Positions 9,172-18,976 of a DNA stretch of 64,000 bases are shown here, in pieces. The notes below the pieces were generated by a model. It did no database searches. It had not been told where the DNA came from and was given only the letters and a program-made list of their open reading frames with translations. This DNA comes from an uncultured Chloroflexia bacterium. GTDB taxonomy: Bacteria > Chloroflexota > Limnocylindria > Limnocylindrales > CSP1-4. A program made the translations under genes and the position numbers. Each line of letters begins with the position of its first letter. Position 1 is the stretch's first letter. The stretch covers positions 1,120,001-1,184,000 of the forward strand of contig CAVVCZ010000004.1 in the NCBI GenBank assembly GCA_963746845.1, in the 5' to 3' direction.

Positions 9172-11127
9172 ATGACGACCCTGCTCGAGACACCTGCCGT
9201 CCCCGCCGCCCACGCGGTCGAGCGCAGTCGCGCCTTCGCCGCGTCGTGGACCGGTGTCGCGCAGGCCGGCGTCGCGGGGCTCGCCGTCATCCTGTACGTC
9301 GTCAACCTGACGGTCAGCGGCTTCGCCAACACCTACTACTCCGCGGCCGCGCTCGCCGCGTCCCGGAGCTGGTCGGCGTGGTTCTTCGGCTCGATCGACG
9401 CGAGCAACTTCATCACGGTCGACAAGCCACCGCTTTCGACGATGGTGATGGGCCTGTCGGTCCGGCTGTTCGGGCTCAACTCCTGGAGCGTGCTCCTTCC
9501 CGAGGCCCTGATGGGTGTTGCGACCGTCGTCCTCGTGATGGCGATCGTGCGCCGGACGATGGGCTCGCCGGCCGCCGTGGTCGCCGGTCTCGTGACCGCG
9601 CTGACACCCGCGGCGGTCCTGATCTTCCGCTTCAACAACCCCGATGCCCTGCTGACCCTGTTGCTGACCGGCGCCGCGTACGCATTCATCCGATCGCTCG
9701 AGCACGGCCGGCTCCGCTGGGTCACCCTGGCGGCCGTCCTCGTCGGGCTGGCGTTCAACACGAAGTACCTCCAGGGCTGGCTCGTCCTGCCCGCGTTCGC
9801 GGTGGTCTGGACGATCGCCGCGCCGGGCTCGTGGGCCCATCGGGTCCGCGGCCTCCTCGTGGCGTTCGCGACGGTCGTGCTGGCAAGCGGCTGGTGGATC
9901 CTCGTGATGGAGCTCCTGCCGGCGTCGGCCCGGCCGTTCGTCGGCGGATCCACGAACGGCACCGCCCTCGACCTCGTGCTCGGCTATGACGGACTCGGCC
10001 GGATCTTCGGCGGGGGCGGCGGCCCGGGCGGCGGCGGACCGGGCGGCGGCGGGTTCTCCGGCACGCCCGGCTTGTTCCGACTGTTCAATTCGCTGCTGGG
10101 GGGCCAGGTGGCCTGGCTGCTCCCCCTCGCGTTCCTCGGCCTGGCCGTCGGCCTGTGGGCGCGCCGATCCGCGCCGCGGACCGACCTGCGCCGCGCTGCC
10201 TACCTGATGTGGGGCCTGTGGCTCGTCGTCCATGCCGTGGTCTTCAGCTTCATGTCCGGGATCATCCACTCCTACTACGTCGTCGCGATGGCGCCGGCCA
10301 TCGGCGCCCTCGTCGGCGGCGGCCTGGCCGAGCTGTGGCGGATGCGGCTTGCGGCCCCACGCCGGCCGTTCGCCGGGATCGTCCTCGCGGGCGGCCTGAC
10401 CGCGTCGGCGGCCATGGCCTGGGTCCTGCTCGACCGGACACCCGACTTTGCGCCGGGACTCGCGATCGGCCTGGCCGCGCTGACGGCGGCCGTCGCACTG
10501 CTCCTCGCCCTGCCGACGGTCGTCGTCGACCGGCGGATCCAGCTGGCGGCGATCGGGCTGGCCGTGGCGACCCTGCTGGCCGGACCGACCGCCTACGCCA
10601 TCCGGACGATGCAGACCTCGTACGGCGGCGGCGACCCCTCGGCCGGGCCGCAGGTCGCCAACGCGGGCGGACCCGGTGGCGGCTTCGCCGGCGGTCCGGG
10701 GCGGTTCGGCACCCAGGGCGCTGGCGGCACGGGCGGGGACGGGCCGACGTCGGCCGCCGGTGGGCCGGGCGGCGTGGGCGGCGACGCGGTCAGCTCGTCG
10801 CTGGCCGACTACCTCGTCGCGAACCGCGGCGACGCCCGCTGGATCGTGGCCGTGTCCTCGGCCAACCAGGCCGGCTCGATCGAGCTCGCGACGGGCCAGC
10901 CGGTCATGGCGATGGGCGGCTTCACGGGCAGCGACCCGACGCCGACCCTCCAGGAGCTCCAGGCGTACCTCGCGTCCGGGCAGCTCCGGTTCGTGATCGT
11001 CGGCGGAGGCGGGGGACCGGACGGCGGCTCGAGCGAGGTGACGTCGTGGGTGACGTCGACCTGCACCGTCGTCAGCGACGTCAGCTCGACGCTGTACGAC
11101 TGCTCCGCGGCGGCCGCCGGCAGCTGA
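9172..11127 (+). CDS. ArnT/PMT-family (GT-C) membrane glycosyltransferase
   Basis: N.YYSAA, FITVDKPP, RFNNPD, GY.GLGR, HSYY, PVMAMGGF.G.DP motifs; Gly-rich loops. Confidence 0.9.
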   Translation: MTTLLETPAVPAAHAVERSRAFAASWTGVAQAGVAGLAVILYVVNLTVSGFANTYYSAAALAASRSWSAWFFGSIDASNFITVDKPPLSTMVMGLSVRLFGLNSWSVLLPEALMGVATVVLVMAIVRRTMGSPAAVVAGLVTALTPAAVLIFRFNNPDALLTLLLTGAAYAFIRSLEHGRLRWVTLAAVLVGLAFNTKYLQGWLVLPAFAVVWTIAAPGSWAHRVRGLLVAFATVVLASGWWILVMELLPASARPFVGGSTNGTALDLVLGYDGLGRIFGGGGGPGGGGPGGGGFSGTPGLFRLFNSLLGGQVAWLLPLAFLGLAVGLWARRSAPRTDLRRAAYLMWGLWLVVHAVVFSFMSGIIHSYYVVAMAPAIGALVGGGLAELWRMRLAAPRRPFAGIVLAGGLTASAAMAWVLLDRTPDFAPGLAIGLAALTAAVALLLALPTVVVDRRIQLAAIGLAVATLLAGPTAYAIRTMQTSYGGGDPSAGPQVANAGGPGGGFAGGPGRFGTQGAGGTGGDGPTSAAGGPGGVGGDAVSSSLADYLVANRGDARWIVAVSSANQAGSIELATGQPVMAMGGFTGSDPTPTLQELQAYLASGQLRFVIVGGGGGPDGGSSEVTSWVTSTCTVVSDVSSTLYDCSAAAAGS

Positions 11128-11141
11128 TCTCCGGACATGCG

Positions 11142-11170
11142 TCGTGCCAGCCGCGTTGCAGCTGGCACGA
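11142..11170. terminator. Hairpin between convergent genes
   Basis: tcgtgccagc-N9-gctggcacga, a perfect 10-bp stem; no U tail. Confidence 0.45.
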
Positions 11171-11215
11171 GTGCGGATCTGGGTGCGGTGGCGCGGTTCG
11201 CGCCGCCGCGTCGGG

Positions 11216-12580
11216 TCAGGGCAGCTGGATCAGCTTCGTCCCCGCGGCGAGCTGGTTCGCGGCCTGCTTGAAGAGCGCGGCCAGGTTGGTGCTCGCGCCG
11301 GCCGACTTCGGGACGCAGAAGAAGTGATCGCCGTCGTCGTTCGAGGTGCCGGGGCATCCGCCGTCGACGGAGTTGGTGGCCATCGAGGCGAGCAGCGTCC
11401 GCGCCGTCTTGCCCTTCCATGCGCCCGACGTGTCGGGGCAGGCGATGTCGTTGGTCCCGTCGAGACCGAAACCGATCGTGAAGAGCTCGATCCCGCTGTT
11501 CTTGACCGCGGTGGCGGCCGTGCTCGACAGGGCACAGTAGTTGGGCCCGGCCTTCGTCGACGCGTTCGGCTGACCGTCGGTCATCAGGATGATGCCCTTG
11601 ATCACGCCGGACCGGCCGTTGTTGAGCAGGTCGTATGCCGCGGCGGTGATCGGGTCGTTCAGGTCGGTCCCCGTGCTCGAGTTGACGTAGCAGGCGACGG
11701 CCTTGGCGAACGAGCTGCTGGATTGCGTGTAGTCCTCGTTGACCGGTGCGCCGAGCCCGCTCAGGCCGACCGGCACCCAGCGTCGGAGATCGGTGGGCAT
11801 GTTCGCCGACCCGATCGAGCCGGCCGGTGTCACGACGCACCCGCCGCCGTTCGTGCTCGGACCGAGCATCCCGAACGCCATCCACTGCCGGACCGGGTCG
11901 TACGCCTTGCGGACGGCGTCCGCCGCGTTGCGGGCGTTCGTGGTGTCAACGCCGCTCATGCTCGACGTCCGGTCGACGACGACCTCGAGATCGACCGGGG
12001 TGATCGGCTCCTGGCCGCACGGGCCCCTGCACGCGGCGGAGGTCACGGCCCCGGTCGTGCCGCTGTCGACTCCGACCGCGACGCCGAAGTTGTACTTGAC
12101 CGTGGCGGCGGCCTGAAGAACGATCGTGTTGCAGGTGTCGCCATTGGCGGGCTCGCACACGGCGACGCAGATCGCCGTGTTGCAGGTCCACGTCACGCCA
12201 CCGCCCGGATCGCAGACGGCCGGGACGTCGGACAGACGAGGGGTGCTGCCGAGGCTTCCGACGACGCACCGGAAGGTGACGGTCGTTCCGGCGGGCAGGC
12301 CGCCCGGATAGTTCGTGGCGGCGTACTGCCGCGCGATGGCGTCGGCGTTCGTGCCGTCGGCGGGAAGCTGCGAGGCTCCCGCGAGGGCGCCGGCGTCGAG
12401 CGCGTTCCAGAGATTCTGGTTGGCGTTGCGGAGGACGCCGATGTCGATGGCCAGCGACGCGAAGCCCATGATCACGACGAGCGCAAGGACGAACAGGATG
12501 ATGATCTGTCCTCGCTCGTCCTCTCGCCGGCGACGCGACTTCGACATGCTGGTGCTCCTGGAGGCGGGCAGTGGCTTCAT
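11216..12580 (-). CDS. TadG-like pilus-associated protein with vWA domain
   Basis: Prepilin-like DERGQ+TM, D.GALAGA, MIDAS-like DRTSS...MTDG; Cys-rich. Alternative start ATG 12547 with AGGAG SD. Confidence 0.85.
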   Translation of the reverse strand: MKPLPASRSTSMSKSRRRREDERGQIIILFVLALVVIMGFASLAIDIGVLRNANQNLWNALDAGALAGASQLPADGTNADAIARQYAATNYPGGLPAGTTVTFRCVVGSLGSTPRLSDVPAVCDPGGGVTWTCNTAICVAVCEPANGDTCNTIVLQAAATVKYNFGVAVGVDSGTTGAVTSAACRGPCGQEPITPVDLEVVVDRTSSMSGVDTTNARNAADAVRKAYDPVRQWMAFGMLGPSTNGGGCVVTPAGSIGSANMPTDLRRWVPVGLSGLGAPVNEDYTQSSSSFAKAVACYVNSSTGTDLNDPITAAAYDLLNNGRSGVIKGIILMTDGQPNASTKAGPNYCALSSTAATAVKNSGIELFTIGFGLDGTNDIACPDTSGAWKGKTARTLLASMATNSVDGGCPGTSNDDGDHFFCVPKSAGASTNLAALFKQAANQLAAGTKLIQLP

Positions 12581-12590
12581 CTCCGCGTCC

Positions 12591-13082
12591 CTACTCGATC
12601 CGCATCTGGACGGTGGACGTGAGATTCAGGATGTTTCCCATGGCGAGCGGCCAGATCATCGAGTAGGCGTAGTCGACCTTGACCACGACCGCATCGCCGG
12701 CCTGCCATGAGGGGCTGGAGCAGGCGACGAAGGACGTTCCCGACGGCCGCTCGCAGCTGATCGCGACGTTCAGCTTCGAGAGGTCGAGGCTGGTGGACAT
12801 CGCCTTGACCCGGGCATCGATGCCGGCCACGTTGCCGGGCTCGACGACGCCGAGACGCGCCCCCTCGCGGGAGGCGTTGATGATCGTCATCTGGGAGTAC
12901 AGACCCAGGCCGAAGTCGAGGATCCCGGCCAGGATCAGCAGGAAGACCGGGAGGACCACGGCGAACTCGACGAGGGACTGACCACGAGCCTTGCGGTTCG
13001 TGAGGCGTCGAGTCCCCGTGCGTCGTTCATCGACACGGGCCGAACGGTTCGTCAAGCGCTCCGGATGCATTCCGAGAAGCAC
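12591..13082 (-). CDS. TadE/TadG-like minor pilin
   Basis: RGQSLVEFA.VLP, G..DFG, NASREGAR, C-terminal MRIE. True start probably downstream of 13082. Confidence 0.88.
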   Translation of the reverse strand: MLLGMHPERLTNRSARVDERRTGTRRLTNRKARGQSLVEFAVVLPVFLLILAGILDFGLGLYSQMTIINASREGARLGVVEPGNVAGIDARVKAMSTSLDLSKLNVAISCERPSGTSFVACSSPSWQAGDAVVVKVDYAYSMIWPLAMGNILNLTSTVQMRIE

Positions 13083-13506
13083 CCCCGGTTACCCGCTGGG
13101 GCCTGCGCCAAGGTCGACGTCACGCACCAGCTGACCCGGACTTTCGGATCGGGACTTTGCCGTGTTCCTTGCGTTGGTGCGTGGGCGCATAGCCCAATAG
13201 TCCCGATCGGAGTGCGGAGAAGCCCGGCGCGGGACGGCGGGGTGCGGTCCGGGCATGTGACCTCGACGGCGGCGATCGCCGGCGACCCGGTCGGTTCGAC
13301 GGACTTCGCCGCCGAACGCCTTCATGATTTCGCGGCTGCGCGTGAATCACTTGACCCATGCCCGAGCATCCGTGGGGCATGACGTCGACCGCCGGCGGTC
13401 CGCGTGATGGGGGCGACATGGACCGGCCGGAACGGTAGGTCCGGCACTGGTGCCCGACCCGAGGCATGGGACAACCTCCAATGGAAGGAGGGCCGACGTC
13501 CTGGGT

Positions 13507-13881
13507 ATGTCTCGCCGGATGATCCGATACGGTGCGGCTGCCGTGGCAGCCATCATGGCCGTCATCTACTTCCTGATCGGCCTCGGCGTGTTGAACGTGG
13601 GCGGATCGGACAGCGACAGGGCTTTCCTGTGGGTCTTCGGGGCGCTGGCGGGTGGGGCGTTCTTGCTCGGCGCGCTGCTGCTCGTGACCGTCGACCGGCG
13701 CTGGGTATGGGTCGCGGGCCTGATCTTCCAGGTGTTCGTCTACTGGGCGTATGTGGACGTCTCGAAAACCCGAACGCCACCGTTCGAGACGTGGGGCATC
13801 ACCCTGCGCGTCATCCAGCTCCCACTTCTCCTCGCCCTCGGGTACCTGGCCGTTCGCGGCTCCAGACTCGTCCCACGTTGA
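13507..13881 (+). CDS. Hypothetical membrane protein
   Basis: Four hydrophobic segments; GGAAGGAGG upstream. Confidence 0.7.
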   Translation: MSRRMIRYGAAAVAAIMAVIYFLIGLGVLNVGGSDSDRAFLWVFGALAGGAFLLGALLLVTVDRRWVWVAGLIFQVFVYWAYVDVSKTRTPPFETWGITLRVIQLPLLLALGYLAVRGSRLVPR

Positions 13882-14040
13882 CGACGATCAGATCGAGAGC
13901 ACGGTCGGGGCGAGGATGCCCGCGTCTCGGGAGTCACAGAGCCATCGCGACGGCCGCGAGGGGTCCGGTCTCGTGACTTCCGGCTCTGGCCCCAAGGCCT
14001 GCCGGTGGGCACGCTGACTCCACGCAGAGGAGCCCCCCAG

Positions 14041-14574
14041 ATGCACGTCCTGATCGTCTACGAATCGATGTACGGCAACACCCACGCGATCGCCGAGTCG
14101 ATCGCCGAGGGCCTCCGACCGGCCGGCGAGGTCCGAGTCGTCCCGGTCGGCGATGCGCTGCCCGACCTCGTCGAGTGGGCAGACCTCCTCGTCGTCGGTG
14201 GCCCGACCCACATCCACGGGATGACCCGCGCGTCGTCGCGGGAGAACGCCCGCAAGCGGATCGCGGCGACCGAGACCGACCTCGCCCTCGACCCGGCGGC
14301 GACAGGACCTGGCGTCCGAGAGTGGCTCGGGACCCTGCCGCACGTAGAAGACGTGCCAGCTGCGGCATTCGACACACGGGTGCAGGCCCGGCCGCTGCTG
14401 ACCGGCCGAGCCTCCGGCGGGATTGCCAAGAGCCTCCGCAATCGCGGCTACCGGCTCGTCGCCGAGCCGGCGAGCTTCCTCGTCGACATGGAAACCCATC
14501 TCGTCACCGGCGAGCTCGCCCGGGCCAGGGTGTGGGCCACGGGCCTTGTGGCAGAGCTCGTGCCGGCGGGCTAG
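14041..14574 (+). CDS. Flavodoxin domain protein
   Basis: YESMYGNT FMN loop, GGPTH, AAFDTR; GAGGAG SD. Confidence 0.9.
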   Translation: MHVLIVYESMYGNTHAIAESIAEGLRPAGEVRVVPVGDALPDLVEWADLLVVGGPTHIHGMTRASSRENARKRIAATETDLALDPAATGPGVREWLGTLPHVEDVPAAAFDTRVQARPLLTGRASGGIAKSLRNRGYRLVAEPASFLVDMETHLVTGELARARVWATGLVAELVPAG

Positions 14575-14647
14575 CCGGACGGGTCGCCCGTCGCGCGAAG
14601 CCGCTTCGTCCGTCGGGTGTCGCATCGCGGCAACCAGGAGGTCGATC

Positions 14648-15305
14648 ATGACGATCGCCACGCCTTCGCGAGTCGAGTTCGAACGCCCGACCGACTACCG
14701 CCACGAGATCACGGCACGCGATGCCCGGGTGCGGATGCTCGTCATCCCGGACCGGCGCTACCTCATGATCGATGGGAAGGCGCTTCCCGGCAGCCCGGAC
14801 TTCGCCGCGGCGATCGGCACGCTGTTCCCCGTCGCGTACACCCTCCACTTCGCACTCAAGCGACGCGGCCGTCGAGGGGCCGGTCGGGGTGCTCGAGGGG
14901 CTGTACTGGACCGATGACGAGCGCCCGATCGCCCCGGAGCAGTTCCGGGCGCAGCCCGGCGCTGGGGTCCTATGGAGCTGGCGGTTGCTCATGCCAGTGC
15001 CTGACGCCGCCACAGGCGAGGACCTCACCAGCGCGATCGAAGACGTGCGGGCGAAGCGCGAGCCAGCCCTGCTCCGCCAGCTGCATGTCGAGCGGTGGGA
15101 GGAGGGCCAGGTCGCGCAGGTCATGCATGTCGGTCCGTACGCGACCGAGCCGGCCACGCTCGATCGACTCCACGCGGCGATCGTCGCGGCGGGCCTGCGG
15201 CCGCGCGGCTGCCACCACGAGATCTACATCAGCGATCCGAACCGGGCGAAGCCGGAACGGCTCAAGACTCTGCTCCGCCAACCGGTCGAGCCCGCCGGCG
15301 ACTGA
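14648..15305 (+). pseudogene. GyrI-like small-molecule-binding protein, frameshifted near 14870
   Basis: N-terminal half (YLMIDG...AIGTLFPVAYTL.F) and C-terminal half (LEGLYW...QVMHVGPY..E...HHEIYISDP...LKTLLRQPV) lie in different frames; deleting one C at 14869-14870 restores a single ORF. Confidence 0.8.
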
Positions 15306-15567
15306 GGTCATGCGGGCTCGACGTTCCGGGTGCCGAACATCGCGAACGCCCCGATCGCGACCGCCATGTCCATCCGACCCACCCTCCGAACCGATCTCAG
15401 CGGTCGGACAAGACCGGCGCGGAACGGCACGCCTAGTGGATGGTGCAGCCGAGCGGATTCGGTCGTCACTGCCACTCGTCACCATCATTCGGGCCGTTGC
15501 ACACGACCGACGAGCCCCGTACGGGCGTCGGCAGCCGACGACCGACCTCGTTGTTAGTCTTTGGGCC

Positions 15568-15957
15568 ATGGCGGAACCCAAGAGGCATACGAGCGCGGCT
15601 GACCTGCTCGCCGACTGGCGGTCTGCTGGGCGGGACACCGCTGCCGCTCATGCCGCAGATAGGGTTGCCGAGATGGCGCTCGTTGCGGCCGCCCACGCGG
15701 AGGAAGCGGCCGACGAGGTCGCGATTGCCGCGGCCGCTGCGTTGGAAGCGGTCGATCGAGCACAGATCGCCGCGAATCGGGCTCGATCTGCCGCTCTCCA
15801 GGCAGGTGAGGCAGCCCACCTCGCGCTCACCATTGCCGAGGGCGACCGGGTTCGCGCCAGCGAAGATGTGCAAGACGCGGAAGCGGCAGAGGCAGAAGCG
15901 GAGGAGCGATACCGCGGCGCGTCCGAGAAGGGATTCCCACGCGGCCGCTCAGGCTAG
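15568..15957 (+). CDS. Hypothetical Ala/Glu-rich helical protein
   Basis: 129-aa ORF preceded by extended -10 TGtTAGTCT 7 nt before the ATG; codon usage less GC3-biased than core genes. Confidence 0.65.
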   Translation: MAEPKRHTSAADLLADWRSAGRDTAAAHAADRVAEMALVAAAHAEEAADEVAIAAAAALEAVDRAQIAANRARSAALQAGEAAHLALTIAEGDRVRASEDVQDAEAAEAEAEERYRGASEKGFPRGRSG

Positions 15958-16143
15958 GTCAACGGTCGCTCGACCTCGTCGAGGGCAGCCATCGCCTGGT
16001 TCATGCCACCCGACATCCTCGGGGCGAGCTGGACCGCCGAGCCGACGCGGCGACAGGCGCATGCGTCGTTCGTGCTTGGCGACATTGGGCTCGGGATCGG
16101 CGTCGGGGCGCTCGTCGTGACAGCGTTGAATTCGTAGGGAAAC

Positions 16144-16218
16144 TGGCTCCGGCGGTAGGATTCGAACCTACGACCAAGCGGTTAACAGCCGCCCGCTCTA
16201 CCACTGAGCTACGCCGGA
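16144..16218 (-). tRNA. tRNA-Asn (GTT)
   Basis: Reverse complement TCCGGCGTAGCTCAGTGGTAGAGC GGGCGG CTGTTAA CCGCTT GGTC GTAGGTTCGAATCCTAC CGCCGGAG CCA; full cloverleaf with encoded CCA. Confidence 0.97.
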
Positions 16219-16362
16219 GCGAGGGCCGACCGATCTCGGCGGTTGGTCGGCGCGCGGCCGCACCGGGGCGCGGACCGGGCGACAGGATACCAGACGTCCT
16301 TCGCCCGGCTCGACGGGCAGTTCCGGCGGGGATTCGACCTCCGGATCGGCGACGATGGTCCG

Positions 16363-17166
16363 GTGATCCAGTTGACCCAGATCGCGCGCCGAGGGCGCAG
16401 CCCCGACTCGGCCGCCTTCCCGTTCGGTGTCCCGGCGATCGCGACCCTGCCGACCGTCGTCCTCGATCGGCCGGTCACGATCCTCGTCGGGGAGAACGGG
16501 TCCGGGAAGTCGACGCTCCTCGAGGCGCTGGCCATCGCGGCCCGCGCGACGACGGCCGGGACGACCGACGCCGCCGACGACACGACCCTGGCCGGCGTCC
16601 GGGCGCTCGCGGACGACCTCCGCCTGTCGTGGTCGACGCGCCGCCATCGCGGCTTCTTCCTCCGCGCCGAGGATTTCTTCGGGTTCGCCCGTCGGATCGC
16701 GGCCATGCGCGCGGATCTCGAGGCCGGGGTGGCGACGGTCGAGGCCGAGTTCGCCGACCGCGACGCCTACGCGCGCGGGCTCGCGCTGTCGCCGTACCTC
16801 AAGGAGCTCGGCGAGCTTCGGCGTCGATACGGTGACGGGATCGACACGCAGTCCCACGGCGAGGCGTTCCTCGCCTTCTTCCGCGACCGGTTCGTCCCCG
16901 GCGGGATCTACTTCCTCGACGAGCCGGAGGCGCCCCTGTCGCCGTTCCGCCAGCTGGCGTTCCTGGCCCTGGTCCGTGAGGCGGTCGCCGCCGACTGCCA
17001 GATCGTCATGGCGACCCACTCGCCGATCCTGCTGGCCTGTCCCGATGCGGCGATCTGGTCGTTCGACACCGCCCCGATCGGGCGTGTCGCGTACGAGGAC
17101 CTCGAGCACGTGACGCTGACCCGGGACTTCCTGAACGACCCGGACGCGTTCGTGCGGCATCTCTGA
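16363..17166 (+). CDS. Predicted ABC/AAA-type ATPase (COG3910-like)
   Basis: FPFGVPAI, GENGSGKST, GFFLRAE, SHGE, LDEPEAPLSP, ATHSPILL motifs. Confidence 0.88.
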   Translation: MIQLTQIARRGRSPDSAAFPFGVPAIATLPTVVLDRPVTILVGENGSGKSTLLEALAIAARATTAGTTDAADDTTLAGVRALADDLRLSWSTRRHRGFFLRAEDFFGFARRIAAMRADLEAGVATVEAEFADRDAYARGLALSPYLKELGELRRRYGDGIDTQSHGEAFLAFFRDRFVPGGIYFLDEPEAPLSPFRQLAFLALVREAVAADCQIVMATHSPILLACPDAAIWSFDTAPIGRVAYEDLEHVTLTRDFLNDPDAFVRHL

Positions 17167-17183
17167 CCGGTATCCTCCGGGTC

Positions 17184-18092
17184 GTGCCTGCCGCTGGTTC
17201 CGCCGCCCGTCCATCTGCGCGCCCGAGCCCGTTGATCTCCGCCGACGAGCTGCTCGGGCTGCTGTCCGGGGACCCCGATCACGTCCGGATCGTCGACTGC
17301 CGCTGGTATCTCGGTCGGCCGGGCGACGGGCGGGCGGCCTGGGCGGCTGGACATCTGCCCGGGTCGATCCATCTCGACCTCGACGACGACCTCGCGGACC
17401 TCGCGGGGTTCGGGGCTCCGGGCCGGCATCCCCTCCCCTCGCCCTCGGCATTCGCGACCCGGCTGGGTCGGGCGGGCATCGGCGACGAGCACCTGGTCGT
17501 CGCGTATGACGACGTCGGCGGCTGGGTCGCGGCGCGGCTCTGGTGGATGCTCGACACCATGGGGCACCGGGAGGTCGCGGTCCTCGACGGCGGCATCGAG
17601 GCGTGGACGGCGGCGGGCGGTGCGCTCACGACGCGCGATCCGGTCCTGCCGGCGGCGTCGCTCCACCTCGCCGACGCGTGGTCCGGCGTGATCTCGCGCG
17701 AGGAGCTGAAGGCGCGGCTGGGCTCGGTCGTGCTGCTCGACGCCCGCGCCGCCCCGCGGTATCGCGGCGAGACCGAGCCGATCGACCCCGTCGCGGGCCA
17801 CATCCCGACCGCCCGGAACGCCCCGGTCGACGGGAACCTGGTGGACGGCCACTTCCGTCCGGCCGCGGAGCTCGCGGAGCGGTTCCGCGCTCTCCGGGCC
17901 GACGGGTCGGAGGGCGAGGTCGTGACCTCGTGCGGAAGCGGGACATCCGCGCTCCACCACGCGATCGCGATGCGGCTCGCGGGCCTGCCGGACCCGATCC
18001 TGTATGTGGGCTCCTACAGCGACTGGTCCCGCTCGGGCGAACCGGTCGCCACGGGCCCGGAGCCCGGTGAGCCCCCGCGAACCGCCGGATAA
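17184..18092 (+). CDS. Sulfurtransferase (two-domain rhodanese, SseA-like)
   Basis: GHLPG, GRHPLP, AARLWW, LDGG, GHIP, active-site SCGSG, YVGSYSDW. Confidence 0.92.
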   Translation: MPAAGSAARPSARPSPLISADELLGLLSGDPDHVRIVDCRWYLGRPGDGRAAWAAGHLPGSIHLDLDDDLADLAGFGAPGRHPLPSPSAFATRLGRAGIGDEHLVVAYDDVGGWVAARLWWMLDTMGHREVAVLDGGIEAWTAAGGALTTRDPVLPAASLHLADAWSGVISREELKARLGSVVLLDARAAPRYRGETEPIDPVAGHIPTARNAPVDGNLVDGHFRPAAELAERFRALRADGSEGEVVTSCGSGTSALHHAIAMRLAGLPDPILYVGSYSDWSRSGEPVATGPEPGEPPRTAG

Positions 18093-18115
18093 GTCGGCCC
18101 GCCGATCATGCACCG

Positions 18116-18769
18116 ATGGCGACCAGACGGAGACCCGCGGACATCGGGATCGAACGTGGCAGATTCCTCCTCGGCGGTCTGACCCGCGAGGAGACCCTCG
18201 CCCGGCGCGACCGCGGACTCACGATCGCCGACGTAACTCGGGCGATTGGCCTGTCTCCGTCCATGGGCAGCCGGATCGAGCGCGGTCGTGTTCCCGATGT
18301 CGGGATCGTCCGGTTGTCGGCCATGCTTGCCGTCGTCGGCCTGGAGCTCTCTGCACGGGCGTTTCCGGGCGGCTCACCGATGCGTGACGCAGCCCACGCG
18401 TCGTTGTTGACTCGATTCCGGGCGTCCCTTCATCCGGGCATCCGATGGAGCCTGGAGGTTCCGCTGCCGGGACGCGGCGACCAGCGGGCCTGGGACGGGC
18501 TGATCCGCGGCGATGGTTGGATGTACGGCATCGAGGCCGAGACGCACCCCACCGACGCGCAGGCCCTCCTGAGGAGGGTCGAGCTCAAGGTCCGCGACAG
18601 CGGGATCGACGGCGCCTTCCTCGTGGTCCCGCCGACCCGCCACGTCCGCGCTTTCCTCGCGGCCGCCGGCGACGTCCTCGAGCCAGCCTTCCCGGTGCCC
18701 GGACGGCGTGCTGTCGAGCTGCTCCGGGCGGGGGTGAACCCTGCTGGCGGGGCGGTCGTCGTGATCTGA
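18116..18769 (+). CDS. XRE-type HTH protein with C-terminal PD-(D/E)XK-like (restriction endonuclease-fold) domain
   Basis: RRDRGLTIADVTRAIGLSPSMGSRIERG HTH; C-terminal EVPL...RAWDGLI......GIEAET...RR..LK pattern. The nuclease-fold assignment is inference. Confidence 0.7.
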   Translation: MATRRRPADIGIERGRFLLGGLTREETLARRDRGLTIADVTRAIGLSPSMGSRIERGRVPDVGIVRLSAMLAVVGLELSARAFPGGSPMRDAAHASLLTRFRASLHPGIRWSLEVPLPGRGDQRAWDGLIRGDGWMYGIEAETHPTDAQALLRRVELKVRDSGIDGAFLVVPPTRHVRAFLAAAGDVLEPAFPVPGRRAVELLRAGVNPAGGAVVVI

Positions 18770-18781
18770 GGACGGTCGCGG

Positions 18782-18976
18782 CGTTTGCATCCCATGCACA
18801 CGTCGGTGGCCGGACTCCCCGGCGCCCTCATCGCCCGGCCCGATCGTTGCGTGGGGCGAACGAACCCGACCGAATTCGCGGCGAACCCACGGCACGCGTC
18901 GGCATCGTGCATCGGTAGCACGTCCAGTTGCGGGCTAGCGGCTCCGGCCCCCGACGTTTGCACCTGGTGCATGCGT
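18782..18976. repeat. Series of 3-4 short palindromes (CGT..TGCA-N5-TGCA..CG) downstream of the HTH gene
   Basis: cgtttgcatcccatgcacacg (18782-18802), degenerate cgttgcgtggggcgaacg (18845-18862), cgtgcatcggtagcacg (18906-18922), acgtttgcacctggtgcatgcgt (18954-18976). Confidence 0.6.

Noticed and set aside
16144-16165. attL/attR duplication of the tRNA-Asn 3' end
   Set aside because: No convincing second copy or integrase was seen in the window by eye.
18782-18976. CRISPR array interpretation of the palindrome series
   Set aside because: Repeats are short, non-identical and few, and no cas genes are present; kept only as an unexplained palindrome array.
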